A stretch of DNA of 64,000 nt from the NCBI GenBank assembly GCA_965262715.1, contig OZ253553.1, forward strand, positions 1,504,001 through 1,568,000, written 5' to 3'. Origin of the DNA: Bdellovibrionales bacterium (GTDB lineage Bacteria > Bdellovibrionota > Bdellovibrionia > Bdellovibrionales > JAUICD01). The translations under genes were made by a program, and so were the position numbers. Position 1 is the stretch's first letter, and each line of letters begins with the position of its first letter. The notes under the pieces were generated by a model. That model saw only the letters and a list, made by a program, of their open reading frames with translations, was not told where the DNA came from and ran no database searches. Of this stretch, positions 60,343-64,000 are shown piece after piece.

Positions 60343-61134
60343 TCATAAAAAATATATCAACCAAGAGAAAATTGGAGTTGCAAATAAGATACTATCGATA
60401 CGATCTAAGGCACCTCCATGGCCTGGCATAAAATAGCCAGAATTTTTAACACGAGCATTACGTTTTAAAAGGGATTCAAAAAAATCTCCAATTTGCCCTG
60501 CAAAAGCAGTGATTATGCAAGTGGAGATGAAAAACATAGCAGATAAATTTGTATACCAAAGAAAATAGCAAATATAACCTGCCAACCCTGATCCGCAAAG
60601 GCCACTTAAAGAGCCAATCCATGTCTTCTGAGGGGATAAATGAGGGAGTACCTTTTTCTTTCCCCAAAGATAACCAAAGATATAAGCCATAGTATCTCCA
60701 ACAAATATGATAGCACAAAGGGTAATAAGCAGCCTTATATCAAGTTTAAGCATTTCTATGATTAAAGACGGAATATACCCTAAATAAACCACCCCAAAAG
60801 CCATAGCAAAAATAAACCATTGATGTGTTTTTTGAGAGGATTTTAACAGTTCATTGAAAATCAGAATGAGAGATAAAGAGGGTATTAAAATATATAGATA
60901 GGGCAAATCTGCTCTATGCAAGCAAATTTGACAAAGCAGGATAAAACAAATCCCTGTTATGACATTTTTTTTTTGTTTTTTGTCAATTATAAGATGCATA
61001 TATTCCCATGTAGCTATTAAGCATACAAGAGTTACGTAGATCTGAATGCCTTTGATATTCCAAAAGATATATGCACCTACGAGAAGTGTAAGTGCTATAA
61101 TCGCTGAAAGACATCTTAAATAAAAGTTTTTCAT
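60343..61134 (-). CDS. cdsA: phosphatidate cytidylyltransferase
   Basis: DTMAY..G, SPQKTWIG, GDFFESLLKR...VK.SG..MPGHGGALDRIDS. Confidence 0.96.
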   Translation of the reverse strand: MKNFYLRCLSAIIALTLLVGAYIFWNIKGIQIYVTLVCLIATWEYMHLIIDKKQKKNVITGICFILLCQICLHRADLPYLYILIPSLSLILIFNELLKSSQKTHQWFIFAMAFGVVYLGYIPSLIIEMLKLDIRLLITLCAIIFVGDTMAYIFGYLWGKKKVLPHLSPQKTWIGSLSGLCGSGLAGYICYFLWYTNLSAMFFISTCIITAFAGQIGDFFESLLKRNARVKNSGYFMPGHGGALDRIDSILFATPIFSWLIYFL

Positions 61135-61164
61135 CTTTGTGAATATTTAATGTTCTTAGATTCC

Positions 61165-61866
61165 CTAAGAAATAGCACCAAATCTCCGCTTTCTTTTGTG
61201 ATAAAGGTTAATAATACGGTTTAAATCTCTTATAGAAAAGCTAGGCCAGTTTTTTTTAAGAAAAAATAGCTCAGCATAAGAGGCCTTCCAAAGCAAGAAA
61301 TTAGAAAGACGTTTTTCACCACTGGTTCGAATAATAATATCTGGATGAGGTAAAAAGTATGTTTCTAAATAGCGATGAATAAGCTCCTCTGTTATATCTT
61401 TTACTTTTATTTTCTCTAATAAAACATCCTTTGCAATATTTTGCATTGCCAGCTGGATTTCTTGTTTGCCTCCATAATTTAAAGCAATGGTTAAGGTCAT
61501 TCCTGTATTTGTTTTTGTCTTTTCTATAGATTTTTTAATTTTTTGCTGTATATCAAGAGAAAGTTTTTTTGTATATCCAATTGAGCAAAACCTTACATTG
61601 TTTTTCATCATTGTGTGGATTTCACTATCTAAGTATTTACTTAGAAGCCTCATAAGAATATCTAATTCTTTTTGTGGTCGTTTCCAATTTTCCGTGCTAA
61701 ATGCAAAAAGAGTGAGATATTTAAGCCTCTTTTTGACAGAAGCTGTAACAATGTTATGGACAGTTTCGGCTCCCATATTATGGCCATAAGTACGAGCATA
61801 CCCTTGTGTTTTTGCCCAACGGCCATTCCCATCCATAATAATTGCAATATGTTGCGGAGTATTCAC
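61165..61866 (-). CDS. uppS: undecaprenyl diphosphate synthase
   Basis: HIAIIMDGNGRWA, FSTENWKRP, RTSGE.RLSNFLLW. Confidence 0.98.
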   Translation of the reverse strand: MNTPQHIAIIMDGNGRWAKTQGYARTYGHNMGAETVHNIVTASVKKRLKYLTLFAFSTENWKRPQKELDILMRLLSKYLDSEIHTMMKNNVRFCSIGYTKKLSLDIQQKIKKSIEKTKTNTGMTLTIALNYGGKQEIQLAMQNIAKDVLLEKIKVKDITEELIHRYLETYFLPHPDIIIRTSGEKRLSNFLLWKASYAELFFLKKNWPSFSIRDLNRIINLYHKRKRRFGAIS

Positions 61867-61874
61867 TTAAACCT

Positions 61875-62052
61875 CGTTTCACTCAAAATAAACCAGCCTT
61901 TCAAGGCGAGCCTCTGGCTGTTTTTGGACAGTCAGCCTGAAGACTTACGTTACGGGATATATCCCCTTCAAGAAAATGCTGACTGCCTCAAAAATCCATT
62001 TATTTTGAGTAGAGAAAATCTCTTCATTTTTTTATAACATGTTAAGGAAATC
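61875..62052 (+). repeat. palindromic element family A, copy 8
   Basis: Stem actcaaaataaa/tttattttgagt; loop module tacgggatatatccc; tail atgttaaggaaatc. Confidence 0.88.
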
Positions 62053-62354
62053 CTGCATAAACACCATTATAAATAAAATACAATTTTATAAACATTTTGT
62101 AATTTAATCATCTGTTTGTGAATTACACAATAATTCTTTAAAGTTGCCTTATAGTATTTCTGTTTGTAAGACTTTACTACTTGTTTGCTAAAACGGCAAA
62201 TCACTTACTGATAACAGACACAGGCTGTCTGTTTCCTTGATTGCCCGATCACCGTATTAAAATAAAGACTTAATAAGATATAGTTTACAACTTCAATATC
62301 TTACCTCGAAATGGCAACACCACCTTAGTTATAAGCCTAAATCATTATTGATAT

Positions 62355-63575
62355 TTACACACCACCACCAATATTAGATAGTTCAAAGATAGGGATCATA
62401 ATGGACATAACGATGATACCAATAACCGCTCCTATGAAGATAATGAATAGAGGTTCCAATAAACTCGTTAACCCATCTACTCTTGTTTTAACTTGAAAGT
62501 CAAAGGCATCAGCCACTTGCGTGAGCATGTTTTCTAAATCCCCTGTTCTTTCACCAATTTTGATCATATGAATGACAATCGGAGGAAATTGGTTTGATTT
62601 TTTCAGAGGCGCAGCAATCGACTCACCTTCACTGATATTATCTCTTGCATTTTCAATAGCTATTGCTAGTACAGAATTGTTAACTACATTTTTCACAATA
62701 TCTAAAGCCTGCAACATAGGGACACCTCCAGTAAGAAGAGTGGCTAAAGTTCTTGTAAAGCGGCTGACAGCAATCATTCGAGATAAACTCCCCATAAGAG
62801 GTATTTTAAGGAATATTTTATCCCAAGCTGCAGAGCCAGCTGGAGTTTTTTTCCAAAAGTGAAACAAAAAGTAACATCCCATAGACCCTATAAGCACAAT
62901 GAACCAATAATTAACTAAAAATCCACTAAAGCTAATGACCACTGCAGAATACCAAGGAAGAGTTAACTCTGGTGATTGGTCAAAAATAGTTGTAATTTTA
63001 GGGATCACATAAACAAAAAGGCCCATCAACATGATCATTGAAAAACCCAACATAATGATAGGGTAGAGCATAGCTGATTTGACTTTTTTATTAAGTTGGT
63101 CTTCTGCCTCTGTAAACTCAGCTAACCTCAAAAGAATCACATCCAATGTTCCTGACATTTCACCGGCTTCACACATAGACACATAAATTTTACTGAAGAG
63201 TTGTGGGTATTTCTTAAGAGATTTGTGCAATGGCTGACCTTCTGTAACTTGATTTTTAATTTCAGAAAGTGCCTCTTTAAGTGAAGGATTGTCTACTTGA
63301 TCACTTACAGCGCCTAATGTTTCAACAAGTGGAATATCTGCCTTCAAAAGGGTGGCTAACTGACGTGTCATTAATGACATATCTTCCGTAGATGCTTTAC
63401 CTCGATGATTTTTTTTTGATTTACTGCCTACAGGCTGCCTCTTGCTTTTGATATCAATGACAAAGATACCCTCTCGTTTTAACTTACCCTGAGCTACTCT
63501 AAGGCTATCTGCATCAATTGTTCCATGTGTGTTCTTCCCTGCCTTAGTCAGCCCTTTGTATTCAAATCTAGCCAT
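62355..63575 (-). CDS. gspF: type II secretion system inner membrane protein F (GspF/PilC family)
   Basis: TRQLATLL, AGE.SG.LD..L.RLA, RF.RTLATLL..GVP, GE.TG.LE.ML. Confidence 0.92.
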   Translation of the reverse strand: MARFEYKGLTKAGKNTHGTIDADSLRVAQGKLKREGIFVIDIKSKRQPVGSKSKKNHRGKASTEDMSLMTRQLATLLKADIPLVETLGAVSDQVDNPSLKEALSEIKNQVTEGQPLHKSLKKYPQLFSKIYVSMCEAGEMSGTLDVILLRLAEFTEAEDQLNKKVKSAMLYPIIMLGFSMIMLMGLFVYVIPKITTIFDQSPELTLPWYSAVVISFSGFLVNYWFIVLIGSMGCYFLFHFWKKTPAGSAAWDKIFLKIPLMGSLSRMIAVSRFTRTLATLLTGGVPMLQALDIVKNVVNNSVLAIAIENARDNISEGESIAAPLKKSNQFPPIVIHMIKIGERTGDLENMLTQVADAFDFQVKTRVDGLTSLLEPLFIIFIGAVIGIIVMSIMIPIFELSNIGGGV

Positions 63576-63762
63576 TATGTATAAATTCCTTATAAATTAT
63601 TTTTGAGAATTTAAAATTTCTAGTATAAATAACTCTTAGAAACTTTCTCTATTTTATTAATTCATTCTTTATTTATTCAATCAAGAAAATCAATGATGAG
63701 CAATGGCCTTGTTGTACAAAGCGGAGATTTAATGAATGAATTTATATGCTATATGTTGTTGA

Positions 63763-63894
63763 ATCACTGATCTTACGCAACTTTTATAATTTTAAGAGGT
63801 TTGTTGTTGTTTATTGATTTATCTAAGTCAAATCTTGATGAATTGCCATCTTTTGAAATCTGGGAACATGGGAACACGGAAAACTGGCAATCTG
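63763..63894. repeat. dispersed repeat family B, copy 3 (inverted relative to copy 1)
   Basis: Reverse complement aligns with 355-487; octamers GGGAACAT GGGAACAC GGAAAACT GGCAATCT. Confidence 0.85.
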
Positions 63895-64000
63895 GCCTTC
63901 AAGAACTGAGAAGAAATATCGATTCTTATATAAAAATGTAACTTATGTGTCCAGAATGAACCTCTAAGGTCCTAGTTATCAGATACAGATTGCCTGCCTG

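Overview
AT-rich bacterial chromosome segment. The gene order and FQNC/LQGC-type lipoboxes suggest Bdellovibrionota (inference). The housekeeping backbone is atpF'-atpF-atpH-atpA, murF, a caa3-type oxidase cluster (sco, ctaC, ctaD, ctaE, ctaF), Leu dehydrogenase, rpmI-rplT, a fragmented mevalonate cluster (fni, mvaA, two GHMP kinases), gap-pgk-tpiA-secG, carD, rpoH, mnmH(selU)-selD, sucA-sucB-lpdA, rluD, cdsA-uppS and gspF. Accessory genes are interleaved: several secreted HExxH metalloprotease-like proteins, a 1086-aa Cys-repeat lipoprotein, a split HipA-type pair, HigBA, an IS30 remnant and a four-helix-bundle gene. The most striking unexplained structure is non-coding. (A) About 8 copies of a modular nested-hairpin element show compensatory base changes, and two of them are flanked by 50-80 bp duplications of oxidase gene ends. 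(B) A GGCARTCN octamer array occurs in a dispersed leader upstream of the four-helix-bundle gene, inside atpF and ctaD, and as a single unit at a frameshift. (C) A third inverted-repeat family marks the junctions of the broken mevalonate operon. No rRNA, tRNA, CRISPR array, reverse transcriptase or intact transposase was seen. All alignments were done by eye.
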